A model generated the notes under the pieces. That model did no database searches and was not told the origin of the DNA. It worked only from the letters and a program-made list of their open reading frames with translations. A DNA stretch of 64,000 bases from Chloroflexia bacterium (GTDB lineage: Bacteria; Chloroflexota; Chloroflexia; Chloroheliales; Chloroheliaceae), in NCBI GenBank assembly GCA_038206175.1, contig JBBRBE010000002.1:12966-76965 (forward strand), given 5' to 3'. Below, piece by piece: positions 49,105-59,905 of the stretch (positions are counted from its first letter, which is position 1; every line of letters begins with the position of its first letter). A program made the translations under genes and the position numbers.

Positions 49105-51270
49105 TTACTTGCGGTTCAAGCGTGGAGCGATCAGGATGCCGCCGCCAAAGGCCGCGATGACGGCTGCGACGGCCAGCAGCACCCAGATAATCACCGGGAA
49201 TTCACTAGTGGCCGGAGCGTTGCCGCCAACGCCACTGGCCGGTGCGCCTGCCGGAGCATTGCTCGTGCCGGTGCCTGTTCCAGTGCCACCTGCGCCAGTG
49301 CCGGTTGCACCAGTGCCACCTGCGCCGGTGCCAGTGCCGGTGCTGGCACTTGTTCCGCCGCCTTGCCGCACGAGCGGGTTGGTCGGGTCGCCGAAAGTGC
49401 CGCCCTGTACTGCCGTGCCAGTGGCCTTGCCGTTTGCGGCGGTCGGGTCGAGGCCCAGCGCACCTGCCATTACAAAGAACAGGTCGGTGTTATCCAGCAA
49501 GCCGTTGACCATCTGTGCGCCAGGGCCGCTTGCCATGATCGGCACATCGTCGGCACTGTGTACCTCGACGCTTTCATCGGGCGGCAAGTTGCTGGGCATT
49601 TTGATGCCCGTTTCGCCGCGCTTGGGGTTGGCGATGTACTTGCCTTTGTTGTTAGGGTCTTCGATAGCAGGGGCAATCGGTGTTTTGTAAAAGCCGGTAA
49701 AGGCTTCGTAATATTCGGGGTGACTGCCGAAGCCGATTGCCAGGGTGCGGCTTGGATTCGGGTCGTCCGGGAAGCCGTCGCCATCCTTATCTACAAAAGT
49801 AGGAAATTTCGAGTTCTGGTAAACGCCGACCGCTTCCAGACCCTTTTTGCCGTCTTCTTCGCCGTAAGTGCCGTAAATACTGAGCGAGTGGGAATGGTCG
49901 GCTACCACTACGATCAGCGTATCGGGATTTTGCTCCTGAAATTTCTTGGCAACCGCCAGCGACTTGTCCATTTCGATAGCGTCGTAAACTGCCCGCTCCC
50001 AATCCATCGGGTGCAACTGCTTGTCTACCGAAGCCCCTTCGACCATCAGGAAGAAGCCGTTAGGGTTGGGGCTAAGAGCCTTGATGGCCTGATCGGTCAT
50101 ATCAATCAAGGTGGGCTGATCCTTAAAGGTTCCCAGGGTGTTGGCATCCTTGATCACCTCGCGGTCGAGGTAGACGTTCATCGTGCCGGTGTGGTAGAGG
50201 CCCAGCAATTTCTGACTGCCAGCAGGAGTAGCTTTGAGTTCGGTTTTGCTGGTCGAAATAGCGTAACCCTGGCTCTTGAAAGTTTCTACCAGGTCTTTAT
50301 CGTCCTGGCTGGCTCCTTGCTTGGTTTTGGGCAAGAACCATTTCGAGCCACCGCCCATAATCACGTCAGGCTGGTGGATTGGATCGAGATAGGTGTTAGC
50401 GATGAAAGCCGCCTCGCTGCGGCGGCGGGTGTGGGCCGCGAAAGCCGCCGGGGTTGCGTCGGTAATATCGGCGGTTGTCACCAGGCCGGTCGCCATCTTA
50501 CGGCTTCGCTTCGCCAGTTCGATCATGTTTTCCACTTTAGGGTCATCGAAGACGTCTTTGGTATTGTCTTCGTAGACGCCCATCGCGTTTACCACCGACT
50601 TATTGCCGGTAGCGTAGGCCGAGGCACTGTTAGCCGAGTCGGTCACGAGGGCGTCGTAGCCACTGGTCGTCAGTGCGCCGCGATATTGCATGCGATCCAT
50701 TTCGAGGAAGCTGTTGTACTTACCTTCGGTCAGCCCCCGCGAGACAATCCGGGTGGCGGTGATAGTTGGAAAGCTCAGGCCGTCCCCGATGAAAAGGATC
50801 ACGTTCTTGGCTCCGCCCTGGCCCAGCTTGAGAATATTGTAGGTTACTTTCTTGGAAATATCTTGCCCACTGACTTTAGCTTTCACCTCGATTGTCACCG
50901 GGCCGGGGGTGTTAAAGGACACCTGCCGGTAGGTTACTTCGCCGCTTTTATCGGGTGTAGCGTTCGTGCGCTCTTCCTTGACGCCTTGAAAGACCTGGGC
51001 TGCCGGTTGGCCGTTGATCGTCACGTCCAGCGAGTCAGGCTTGCCGCCGTTGACTTCCACCCGGAAGTCGAAGCGCGACCCGGCCAGCAGGCGGGCCTTG
51101 TCAATCGGCAGGATTGATATTTTAGCCGCGCTCTGGGTCTGGTTGGTGGTTTCGGCCAGGGCCGGGCTAAAGGTCGCCAGCACCAGCAACGTGATTGTCA
51201 GGAGCGAGAAAACACGTGCAAGAGATTGAGACCGGGGCAGCCTCAAGCCGGAGAGTAATCTACTCTTCAC
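49105..51270 (-). CDS. phoA: secreted alkaline phosphatase with C-terminal membrane anchor
   Basis: Signal peptide; FIGDG, VTDSANSAS (catalytic Ser), VEGASVDK..H, ADHSH, HSADDV; G/T-rich stalk, TM helix, RLNRK. Confidence 0.92.
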   Translation of the reverse strand: MKSRLLSGLRLPRSQSLARVFSLLTITLLVLATFSPALAETTNQTQSAAKISILPIDKARLLAGSRFDFRVEVNGGKPDSLDVTINGQPAAQVFQGVKEERTNATPDKSGEVTYRQVSFNTPGPVTIEVKAKVSGQDISKKVTYNILKLGQGGAKNVILFIGDGLSFPTITATRIVSRGLTEGKYNSFLEMDRMQYRGALTTSGYDALVTDSANSASAYATGNKSVVNAMGVYEDNTKDVFDDPKVENMIELAKRSRKMATGLVTTADITDATPAAFAAHTRRRSEAAFIANTYLDPIHQPDVIMGGGSKWFLPKTKQGASQDDKDLVETFKSQGYAISTSKTELKATPAGSQKLLGLYHTGTMNVYLDREVIKDANTLGTFKDQPTLIDMTDQAIKALSPNPNGFFLMVEGASVDKQLHPMDWERAVYDAIEMDKSLAVAKKFQEQNPDTLIVVVADHSHSLSIYGTYGEEDGKKGLEAVGVYQNSKFPTFVDKDGDGFPDDPNPSRTLAIGFGSHPEYYEAFTGFYKTPIAPAIEDPNNKGKYIANPKRGETGIKMPSNLPPDESVEVHSADDVPIMASGPGAQMVNGLLDNTDLFFVMAGALGLDPTAANGKATGTAVQGGTFGDPTNPLVRQGGGTSASTGTGTGAGGTGATGTGAGGTGTGTGTSNAPAGAPASGVGGNAPATSEFPVIIWVLLAVAAVIAAFGGGILIAPRLNRK

Positions 51271-51464
51271 TTCTTAATTCTCCTCTAGCTGTTCACAAAC
51301 TACTTTTAATCGAAGCACATTGCACACGGCTTCAATCGTACAGCCGTGCTTGCCAGGCCAACTTAATCTATTTGGCTAAAATCTAAACAAATAGTTCAAA
51401 GCAGGCAAAGTGATTTTGCATCACCCTTTCCTCTATTCTAGCTCTTACTCATTAATGGGAGTTT

Positions 51465-51575
51465 TTTAACACTCTGTTAAGTTGTTAAGATTTGGTTAAC
51501 AAGTAACATTGACACCTGCTTGTCAGAGTGCCATAATTTTAACAAGTCGCAAACAATCTGTTAAAGGGCTATTAA
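51465..51575. promoter_or_regulatory. cluster of TTAACA-like half-sites (Pho-box-like) in the divergent phoA / nucleotidase promoter
   Basis: Several TTAACA/TGTTAA hexamers; some pairs are 11 bp apart (51483/51494; 51539/51550). Confidence 0.45.
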
Positions 51576-51734
51576 CTAGCCTCCCGCATAATAGTGCTAG
51601 GGCGAGGTTGTATGCGCCGCCATGTGCTTTTGCTTGGCAACAACGAATTTAAGGAAACCCGAACTGAACAACCGAATAGGGTCGGCTTTTTTAACTCTGG
51701 GCTGGCCTTTGGAAACGAGGAGGTACTCTTGAGA

Positions 51735-54107
51735 ATGCGGACGAGTTGGCGACTATGGTATGCGCTCCTGGCCGCCGTGTTAATCTTGCCCCTGGTAGTA
51801 TTTGGCACGGGAGCCACTACCACGCGGGCCGAAGATGCTCCGGCTAATGCGGCTTTTAAGGCGATTGTCGAGCGCACCGACCTACCGGTAGCGTTGGGAT
51901 CGGCCAAGCGTTCCTGGCTGTGGGGGCCGGGTGGCTTTAAGACTGACCAGGGCGAACCCTACGCCGATTCCCCCGGCGGCAAGCGTCTGGTGCAATATTA
52001 CGATAAAGCTCGGCTTGAGATTAACAACCCGACTTCCGGCGGCGTCACCAGCGGCCTCCTGGCGAAAGAACTGATGACCGGCCAACTTCAGCAGGGCGAT
52101 ACCAAATTTGAGACCCGTGGCCCTAGCTCGATCAGCGTAGCCGGTGACATTGACGATGTGCTGTCACCTAGCTATGCCGACCTGGGCCTCCTGTTCGACC
52201 GACCGGCCTTTACCGTCAGCACGGTCATTACTACTTTCATCCGGCCCGACGGAACCCAGGCCGGTCTTTCCTCGCTTTCGCAATACAACGTGACCGCCGT
52301 GGAGTATGCGGCTGGCTCGAAGCATACGATTGCCAATGTTTTCAAGGATTTTCTCAATTCGAGCGGGCCGGTGTTCGTCAACAACGCCACCACCCAGGCT
52401 AAAATCTTCGACTCGTCGCTCTTCACCACCGGCCTACCCCTGACCGAGCCATACTGGACAAGAGCCAAAATTGGCGGCAAGGTGCAGGATGTGCTGGTGC
52501 AAGGTTTCGAGCGGCGGGTAATGACCTATACGCCCGGCAACCCGGAAGGTTTTAAGGTCGAGACCGGCAACGTCGGTCGGCACTACGTCGAGTGGCGTTT
52601 CAATACCCAGGAATTCCAACTGCTCGGTATTAACGATTTCCATGGACGGCTTCTGCCGGAAGTCTCCGGTGGAGTAGCTCGCGGCGGGGCCGCTTACATT
52701 GCGCCGGTAATCAACAAACTGCGCGATTCTAACCCTAACACGCTTTTGATCGGGGCGGGCGATGGCGTGGGCGCAACTCAGCTTCAATCGGCTCTGTTGC
52801 AAGACGAACCTTCCATCACGGTCTTTAACAAACTCAAGTTCGACGTCAGCTCGGTGGGCAATCACGAGTTCGACAAGGGTTTGACCGAAGCCTACCGCAT
52901 CACTCGCGGCGGTAAAAACCCGGTGCGCGGCAACGACTGGGCTGGAGCGAACTATCCTTACGTTGTGGCTAACCTGGAAGATAAGCAAACCGGCAAGCCA
53001 CCCTTCGATCCTTACGTTATCCTGAACCGGGGTGGCGTGAAAGTAGCCGTAATCGGGGCTGTCACTAAAGACTTGCCGACTCTCGTTTCACCGACCGGGA
53101 TCGCTTCCCTGAACGTGCTGGACGAAGCAACGGCAGTCAACAAGTACATCCCGGAAGTCAAGCAAAAAGGGGCGCAGATCATCGTTGTGGCGATCCACGA
53201 AGGCGGTACGCCGACCCTGGCCGACGGTCAGGAGAAGGTTACGGGCCGGATCGTAGATATTGCGGCGGCTCTCGACCCGGCAGTGGACGTAGTGATTAGC
53301 GGCCATACTCACCAGGAGTACGTCGCTTACATGTCCGGCAAACTGGTTACGCAGTCGGGTTTCTACACCCGCAACGTGACGAGTTTGCGCTTGCGCCTCG
53401 ACCCAACGACCAAGAAGATTGTCTCGAAGCGGGCGGTGAATGTGCCGGTGATTAACTCGTTGATCAAGCCCGACCCGGAAATTGACGCGGTAGTGCAGCA
53501 AGCAGTCAAGGATGTCGCCCCGGTTGCCAACCAGAAGATTTCTACGACCGCGACCGAGATTACCCGCGACATAACGCCGGGCGGCGAAACTCCGATGGGC
53601 AATCTGATTGCGGACGCTCAACGCGACGCTCTCAAGACCGACTTCTCGTTCATGAACCCTGGCGGCGTGCGGGCGAACCAACCGGCGGGCGATATTACTT
53701 ACGGCTCCCTCTTCACGATCCAGCCGTTTGGCAATATCCTGGTCAAGATTGATATGACCGGCGACCAGATTTACCGCTTGCTCGAACAGCAGTGGAAAGA
53801 CCCGAACCGTATTCGTATCCTGCACATTTCAGGTCTATCCTACACCTGGGATAACGCCAAGCCCTTCAACAGCAAGATCGTGGAAGTACGCGGCGGCGAC
53901 GGTAAGCCTTTGGACAAGAACAAGATTTACTCTGCTGTCACTAATAACTTCTTGCAAGCCGGTGGCGATGGTTTTACGGTCTTTACCGAGATCAAAACCG
54001 TCATCGGTGGCCCGATTGATATAGATGCTTTTATTGACTATATCAAGAAGCAGCCTCAACCCCTGGTGGTCAAGGCTCCGGGCGACCGTATCACTCGCTT
54101 GAACTAG
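51735..54107 (+). CDS. secreted 5'-nucleotidase (metallophosphoesterase + 5'-NT C-terminal domain) with extra N-terminal module
   Basis: GINDFHG, AGD, GNHEFD, SGHTH, GNLIADA, NPGGVR, QPFGN. GAGGAGG RBS favours a start at 51729/51735 rather than 51594. Confidence 0.92.
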   Translation: MRTSWRLWYALLAAVLILPLVVFGTGATTTRAEDAPANAAFKAIVERTDLPVALGSAKRSWLWGPGGFKTDQGEPYADSPGGKRLVQYYDKARLEINNPTSGGVTSGLLAKELMTGQLQQGDTKFETRGPSSISVAGDIDDVLSPSYADLGLLFDRPAFTVSTVITTFIRPDGTQAGLSSLSQYNVTAVEYAAGSKHTIANVFKDFLNSSGPVFVNNATTQAKIFDSSLFTTGLPLTEPYWTRAKIGGKVQDVLVQGFERRVMTYTPGNPEGFKVETGNVGRHYVEWRFNTQEFQLLGINDFHGRLLPEVSGGVARGGAAYIAPVINKLRDSNPNTLLIGAGDGVGATQLQSALLQDEPSITVFNKLKFDVSSVGNHEFDKGLTEAYRITRGGKNPVRGNDWAGANYPYVVANLEDKQTGKPPFDPYVILNRGGVKVAVIGAVTKDLPTLVSPTGIASLNVLDEATAVNKYIPEVKQKGAQIIVVAIHEGGTPTLADGQEKVTGRIVDIAAALDPAVDVVISGHTHQEYVAYMSGKLVTQSGFYTRNVTSLRLRLDPTTKKIVSKRAVNVPVINSLIKPDPEIDAVVQQAVKDVAPVANQKISTTATEITRDITPGGETPMGNLIADAQRDALKTDFSFMNPGGVRANQPAGDITYGSLFTIQPFGNILVKIDMTGDQIYRLLEQQWKDPNRIRILHISGLSYTWDNAKPFNSKIVEVRGGDGKPLDKNKIYSAVTNNFLQAGGDGFTVFTEIKTVIGGPIDIDAFIDYIKKQPQPLVVKAPGDRITRLN

Positions 54108-54117
54108 GCTTTAGAAT

Positions 54118-54155
54118 AAAAAGAAGGTCTGCTCAACCGGGCAGACCTTCTTTTT
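54118..54155. terminator. bidirectional intrinsic terminator
   Basis: AAGAAGGTCTGC-loop-GCAGACCTTCTT with A/T tails. Confidence 0.85.
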
Positions 54156-54337
54156 ATTTTAGTCGTTTTGTTTTCTTGACCGTCGCTGCATTAAAAGCAA
54201 CTTTACTAGAAGCAATTTTAGTATCCTCTCAATAAGTCGGGGAAAATGGTAAAAATAAGGCTGTTCTGAGTTCAAAGAAACAGCAATTACCCCGAATTTT
54301 TGAAAGGGTACCAATTTTATTAGAAGCAATTCCAGCT

Positions 54338-54802
54338 TTAATTTTGGGCAGGAGCATCGGCATTATTGTAAACCCCGGTGTCGGGAGTAATGCCGCGAGC
54401 AACCAGGGCTTCGTTCAAGGCCGAAGCGATCTCTTGCAACTTTTTCTGGTTGCTGTGTTCAAGGGCAGTCACATTACCGGAATTGCTAACCATTACTAGC
54501 CGGTAGTTGCGCCGTCCACCGCTTCCGCCCGCAGAATTGCTGTCACTATCCCAGGACACCAGGAAGGCGAAAATGAGAATAAAGAACAGGGCAATACAAC
54601 CCAGAATCTTTTTTAGCGTTGTCCAGGGCGTAGAGGGTGGAGGCGGAGCCTTTGGCGGGGGCGCAACTTCGGGCATCACCTCGACAAACGCGCCTCGCGT
54701 GCTGTCCAGCGGGTAGTATTTTTCCTGGACGATAAGGGCATCAGCACTCAACAAAACTTTTGGCGAACCCCATAGCTTGCGGGGTTTGGGCTGATTCGAC
54801 AT
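54338..54802 (-). CDS. hypothetical single-TM protein (DUF6232-like)
   Basis: 154 aa; central TM helix; C-terminal YRLVMVSNSG...IASALNEAL pattern (family from recall). Confidence 0.7.
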   Translation of the reverse strand: MSNQPKPRKLWGSPKVLLSADALIVQEKYYPLDSTRGAFVEVMPEVAPPPKAPPPPSTPWTTLKKILGCIALFFILIFAFLVSWDSDSNSAGGSGGRRNYRLVMVSNSGNVTALEHSNQKKLQEIASALNEALVARGITPDTGVYNNADAPAQN

Positions 54803-55093
54803 ATTTTCTCCTGTTGAGACTATTTTCGACCTGTAAGTTCTTACCTTATAACCGTAACGCTAAATATAACGGTAGAACCTGCCAGTGTTTGTGAGAAGTT
54901 GTAAATCTAAACGTGATTATAACATACTGTTTTGCTCAAACCTGTTTTTGCAGCCCAAAAAGATATTGTGTGGGTGAGTTTCAGAAGGTTGACAAAACGG
55001 AGAGTTTAAGGTAATCTGAGCAAGTAGATAAAGATTCTTTACTATTTGTCTTTCCTCCACAAAAGCTAAATAAGAGTGTAAAGGAGAAGCTAA

Positions 55094-56380
<1,287 letters not shown>

Positions 56381-56426
56381 ATTCGTAAGTAAGCAAACCG
56401 CACCAAAGACGATACCTTACCCCTGT

Positions 56427-56456
56427 GAGAGCGAACGGCGTTGTTCGCTCTCTTTT
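56427..56456 (+). terminator. intrinsic terminator after metY
   Basis: GAGAGCGAAC-loop-GTTCGCTCTC-TTTT. Confidence 0.8.
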
Positions 56457-56501
56457 AATTCAAGAATTGCCTGAATAAATTCACAAACTATAGAGAGTTA
56501 A

Positions 56502-56609
56502 TTGAGCGGCCAAATCCACCTGGAAAGAGATACTTTGTTTAGCGAAGGCCGGGCGGTCGAACGGTCAATCAGGTCTTCCTGTTTGTAAATTATTTATGCA
56601 ATTGTTAAG
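56502..56609. repeat. dispersed ~105-bp intergenic repeat, copy 2
   Basis: Homologous to 36385-36491, same orientation. Confidence 0.8.
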
Positions 56610-56612
56610 AAT

Positions 56613-56882
56613 TTATTTAGGAAAGCGCAGGGCCGAGCGTGCCTGGGCTTTGATGGCCTCTTCGGTGCGGTTCCTGGTGGGTGCGTTCGTCTCTAACGAA
56701 TTGAGAAGCTGGCGGGAGATTGCTGCTATTTCGTCTACGGCAGATTGGAAGGCTGCTTCGTTGGTTTTGGAGGGCTGATTGAAGCCGCTTACCTTTCGCA
56801 CAAATTGTAAGGAGGCCGCCCGAATCTCTTCCTCGCTTACGGGTGGTTCAAAGTTATAGAGCGTCTTGATATTTCTACACAT
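56613..56882 (-). CDS. DUF2277 family protein
   Basis: MCRNIKTL.NFEPP, AASLQFVRKVSG, NEAAF. Confidence 0.9.
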   Translation of the reverse strand: MCRNIKTLYNFEPPVSEEEIRAASLQFVRKVSGFNQPSKTNEAAFQSAVDEIAAISRQLLNSLETNAPTRNRTEEAIKAQARSALRFPK

Positions 56883-56940
56883 GCGCTTTAACCCAATCCT
56901 TCTAAATTGCTAATGGCCTGCCAGTATATCCAGCCAAATC

Positions 56941-56980
56941 CAAAGAGGAGCCAGGTTTATAAAAACCTGGCTCCTCTTTG
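56941..56980 (-). terminator. intrinsic terminator
   Basis: CAAAGAGGAGCCAGGTTT-ataa-AAACCTGGCTCCTCTTTG. Confidence 0.85.
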
Positions 56981-56994
56981 TGTTTTCCAACCCT

Positions 56995-58959
56995 TTAGCG
57001 CGTTGGCGAAGGCGTGGCGGCGGCAGTGGCAGTCGTATCTACTGCACTTGTCGTCGCGGCGGCGGTCGTTGTGGTAGTAGTTGCCGACGTGGTGGCGGGG
57101 GCGGTTGTGCTTGCTACCGACGTGGTGGCGGGGGCGGTCGTTCCGGCGGCGGCAGTCGTCGCGCCGGGCGTACCGGGCGTGCCAGTGACTACTGGCGAAG
57201 TTGGTACAGGCGTCTGAGTCGGTAGCGGGGTTTGGGTCGGCGGAATGACCGGCGTGAAAGCTGGAACCGGCAATAGAGTCGAAGTCGGGGCCGGGGTCGC
57301 TGGCGTGTTGTATTTAGGTTGGGCGGCTTTCACTTTCTCCTTGAGCCAATCGCTGTAATACTTGGGCTGGCCGGTTTCATCCGTCCCTTCAAAACCCTTG
57401 ATCGTCAGCGCATCGAGCGGACGTTTCGGGTCTTTGTCGGTAGCGTAGATGATGTGATAGCCAAACTGGGTCTTGACCGGCTCGGTAAACTGGCCCTTTT
57501 CCAGCTTGAGCGCGGCATCCAGGAAAGTTTTGTCGGACTGAGTTTTATCAGTCGTCCAACCCAGGTCGCCGTTCTGAGAAGCCGCCGCCGTATCGGTACT
57601 CTTCTCGCGGGCCAACTGGATAAAAGTGCTTTCCAGCTTGTCCGCCGGGGTTGCCTTTAGCTGGTCGTAAATCTTGCGGGCGTCGGCTTCGTCCTTGATC
57701 AAGATATGACTTAGCTTGATCGCCGGGTAAGGATCGCCCACTTTAGGCTGAGTAGCCACCAGCTTTTCCAGCACTTTGGTGCGAAGTAACGTCGGGCGCA
57801 CTTCGTATTTACGGTAGTCGTCATCGGACAGGCCGGTAATCTGACGGAACGATTTCAAGAAATCATTCTGACTGGCACTGGCGGTGCCTTCGACCAGGTT
57901 GCCCGCGATAGCGGTCTGGGTCGGGGAAGGCGTGGGCGAAATCGTCGGCGTGGTAGTGGCCGAAATCGTGGTGGTGGCCGAGATTGTAGTACCCGCCGCC
58001 GGAGTACCCGAAGAAGCCGTACCGCTTGCCGCCGGAGTACCCGAAGAGGCCGTGCCGGTCGCTGCCGGAGTCAGGCCGGGCGTAATGGCCGCACTTGCGG
58101 TGCCGCTTCCGGGCGTAGCCGCGCCCGCAGTTCCGGCAACCGTTGCGCCGGGTGTACCGGGCGTACCAGCAACCGTAGTAGCGGAAATAGTAGTGGTCGC
58201 CGTCATGGTCGGGCTGGGCAGCGGCGTAATCGCTCCGGCAGTAGCCGTGGCAAAGTTCGCGCCCTGCGTCGCCACAATTCCGGCAGTGGCGGTCTGGATA
58301 CCCTGCGACGGGTTGGGAGTAGGCGTGTAGACGACACCCTTGAACTCGTCGGTCAGGTATTTGTTTACATCATCATCGCTTACCGAGATATTAAACTGGT
58401 CTTTAGCGGCCTTCTCCAGAACCATTACGCCGACCAGGTTTTCCAGGCTAGCCTGGTTGACCGGGCGCGTGGCGGCGTTGGTCAGTTCGCTCTCTAAAAA
58501 GGCCAGTTGCTGCTGATATTGCTGTTGCTGGTCGCCCTGAGCGAATTGAGCTTGCTGGCGAATCTGGCCTTCCTGCCGGAAGAGTTCGAGTTTGCGGAAT
58601 TTATTGTAGTCGTTTCGGCTGACGCTCTGGCCGTTAACCTGGGCGAGGGTTTCAAAGTTAGGGGCCAGGGTCGTCGTCCAGATGCCGACAGCCAGTACCA
58701 GAATGATAAAAACGATCACCCCGATAGTGGCAAAGACTAGCTGACGCTGGCGTTTCTGGTCTTTTTCGTAACGGCTGAGGGCGCGGGCACTCATCTGGGT
58801 TTGCGGGCGCGGCGTGGTGCCGGGTTTGGCCGGAGTAATCAGGCCGGTCTTGCTTTCGCTGAGCGGACGGTTGGCCGACGGCACCGAAGGAGGAGCCTTC
58901 TTAGGGTCGGGCTTCGGCCCCGGTCGCGTAGGCTTTTTATTGCTGTTATTATCGGTCAT
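56995..58959 (-). CDS. membrane-anchored PpiC/parvulin-type peptidyl-prolyl isomerase (PrsA/SurA-like) with long T/A/P/G linkers
   Basis: One N-proximal TM helix; SHILIK, LAREKSTD, GDLGW, PVKTQFGYHII. Confidence 0.9.
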   Translation of the reverse strand: MTDNNSNKKPTRPGPKPDPKKAPPSVPSANRPLSESKTGLITPAKPGTTPRPQTQMSARALSRYEKDQKRQRQLVFATIGVIVFIILVLAVGIWTTTLAPNFETLAQVNGQSVSRNDYNKFRKLELFRQEGQIRQQAQFAQGDQQQQYQQQLAFLESELTNAATRPVNQASLENLVGVMVLEKAAKDQFNISVSDDDVNKYLTDEFKGVVYTPTPNPSQGIQTATAGIVATQGANFATATAGAITPLPSPTMTATTTISATTVAGTPGTPGATVAGTAGAATPGSGTASAAITPGLTPAATGTASSGTPAASGTASSGTPAAGTTISATTTISATTTPTISPTPSPTQTAIAGNLVEGTASASQNDFLKSFRQITGLSDDDYRKYEVRPTLLRTKVLEKLVATQPKVGDPYPAIKLSHILIKDEADARKIYDQLKATPADKLESTFIQLAREKSTDTAAASQNGDLGWTTDKTQSDKTFLDAALKLEKGQFTEPVKTQFGYHIIYATDKDPKRPLDALTIKGFEGTDETGQPKYYSDWLKEKVKAAQPKYNTPATPAPTSTLLPVPAFTPVIPPTQTPLPTQTPVPTSPVVTGTPGTPGATTAAAGTTAPATTSVASTTAPATTSATTTTTTAAATTSAVDTTATAAATPSPTR

Positions 58960-59156
58960 TGGATTAGTAATCTCTCCTGCTAGCTCTTGCTGAGCTAGGA
59001 AGTCGCATTGGCAAATTATGCTTAAAATAGACCTGAAAAGAGCGTAGGAAGCCTCGGTAGAAGGCCCGTCCTACGCCCTGAATTTAACGATACAAAAGCT
59101 GGTCTGGCAAAGCCTGGTTTCGTCCGGCCAGCCATAGCTCACCGCCGACCCTGATT

Positions 59157-59630
59157 TTAGCGGGCCTGATTCGCAACATAGGGCAGGAGGGCCATATAAC
59201 GCGCTCGCTTGATCGCGGTGGTCAGCGAACGCTGATGATAGGCACTCAGGCCGGTTTTACGGCGCGGTTCGATTTTGCCCCGGTCAGACAGGTAGCGGCG
59301 CAGGCGTTGGAAGTCCTTGTAGTCAATCTCGCGGATGCCGTCAACGCCAAACTGATCTACCCGGCGGCGCGGCGCAAAGCGGTCTTTGCCTCCCGGTCGG
59401 CGGGGACGGCGGGGCGGGCCACCAAACTGGCGCGGGCCTCCTGCTCCACCTTCCTGGGACTGGGACGAACCGCCTTCGCCGCCTTCTTCGCCTTCACGCG
59501 GCGGGCGCGGCCCGGCAGGACGGAAACCGCCCGGTCGTGGCCCTCGGTCTCCCATCGGACGAGGCGCGGCGGCCCCACCGTCACCTGCGGGAGCAGGAGT
59601 CGGGTTTGTATCTTGATTTTCAGTAGTCAC
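59157..59630 (-). CDS. rpsR: 30S ribosomal protein S18, Cys-less form with long N-terminal extension
   Basis: [35 protein letters not shown]; start GTG 59630 with AAGGAG RBS. Confidence 0.95.
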   Translation of the reverse strand: MTTENQDTNPTPAPAGDGGAAAPRPMGDRGPRPGGFRPAGPRPPREGEEGGEGGSSQSQEGGAGGPRQFGGPPRRPRRPGGKDRFAPRRRVDQFGVDGIREIDYKDFQRLRRYLSDRGKIEPRRKTGLSAYHQRSLTTAIKRARYMALLPYVANQAR

Positions 59631-59836
59631 TGATAAGTCTCCTTCGGCTTTTAACAATCATACAGCAGATTGTAGGGAAGTACCGAGGGCCGTTTGAAAC
59701 AGCCACTCGTCTCGCTCTAAAAACTTCCCTCTGGCCCAAGCCAGTGTGGAGAACCTCTGCAAAATTGGTTTTCTCCATTCAAAAAGGCCGTTCCCGGCTT
59801 TAACCACTCGGAGCGGCCTTACTTAGCGCGGCCAAC

Positions 59837-59865
59837 ATCTTATAACGATTGGCCTCAAAAGTCAA
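59837..59865 (-). promoter_or_regulatory. sigma70-like promoter for rpsR
   Basis: Minus strand TTGACT-17 nt-TAAGAT; implies a ~200-nt leader. Confidence 0.65.
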
Positions 59866-59905
59866 GATTCGGGCCAGGGCCAACCAGGGCCAACCCTGAG
59901 CCGCT

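Noticed and set aside
49363-51117. 584-aa + strand ORF; likewise 16808-17626, 22116-23084, 33476-34486, 53088-53825, 54917-55624, 63033-63776 and other overlapping track ORFs
   Set aside because: All lie antisense to or inside well-supported genes and lack RBS or family motifs.
54810-55093. SAM riboswitch upstream of metY
   Set aside because: No SAM-I core (ATC..GAG, GAGGGA, GGCAACC) recognised.
59640-59900. Zur box upstream of Cys-less rpsR
   Set aside because: No convincing AT-rich palindrome found by eye.
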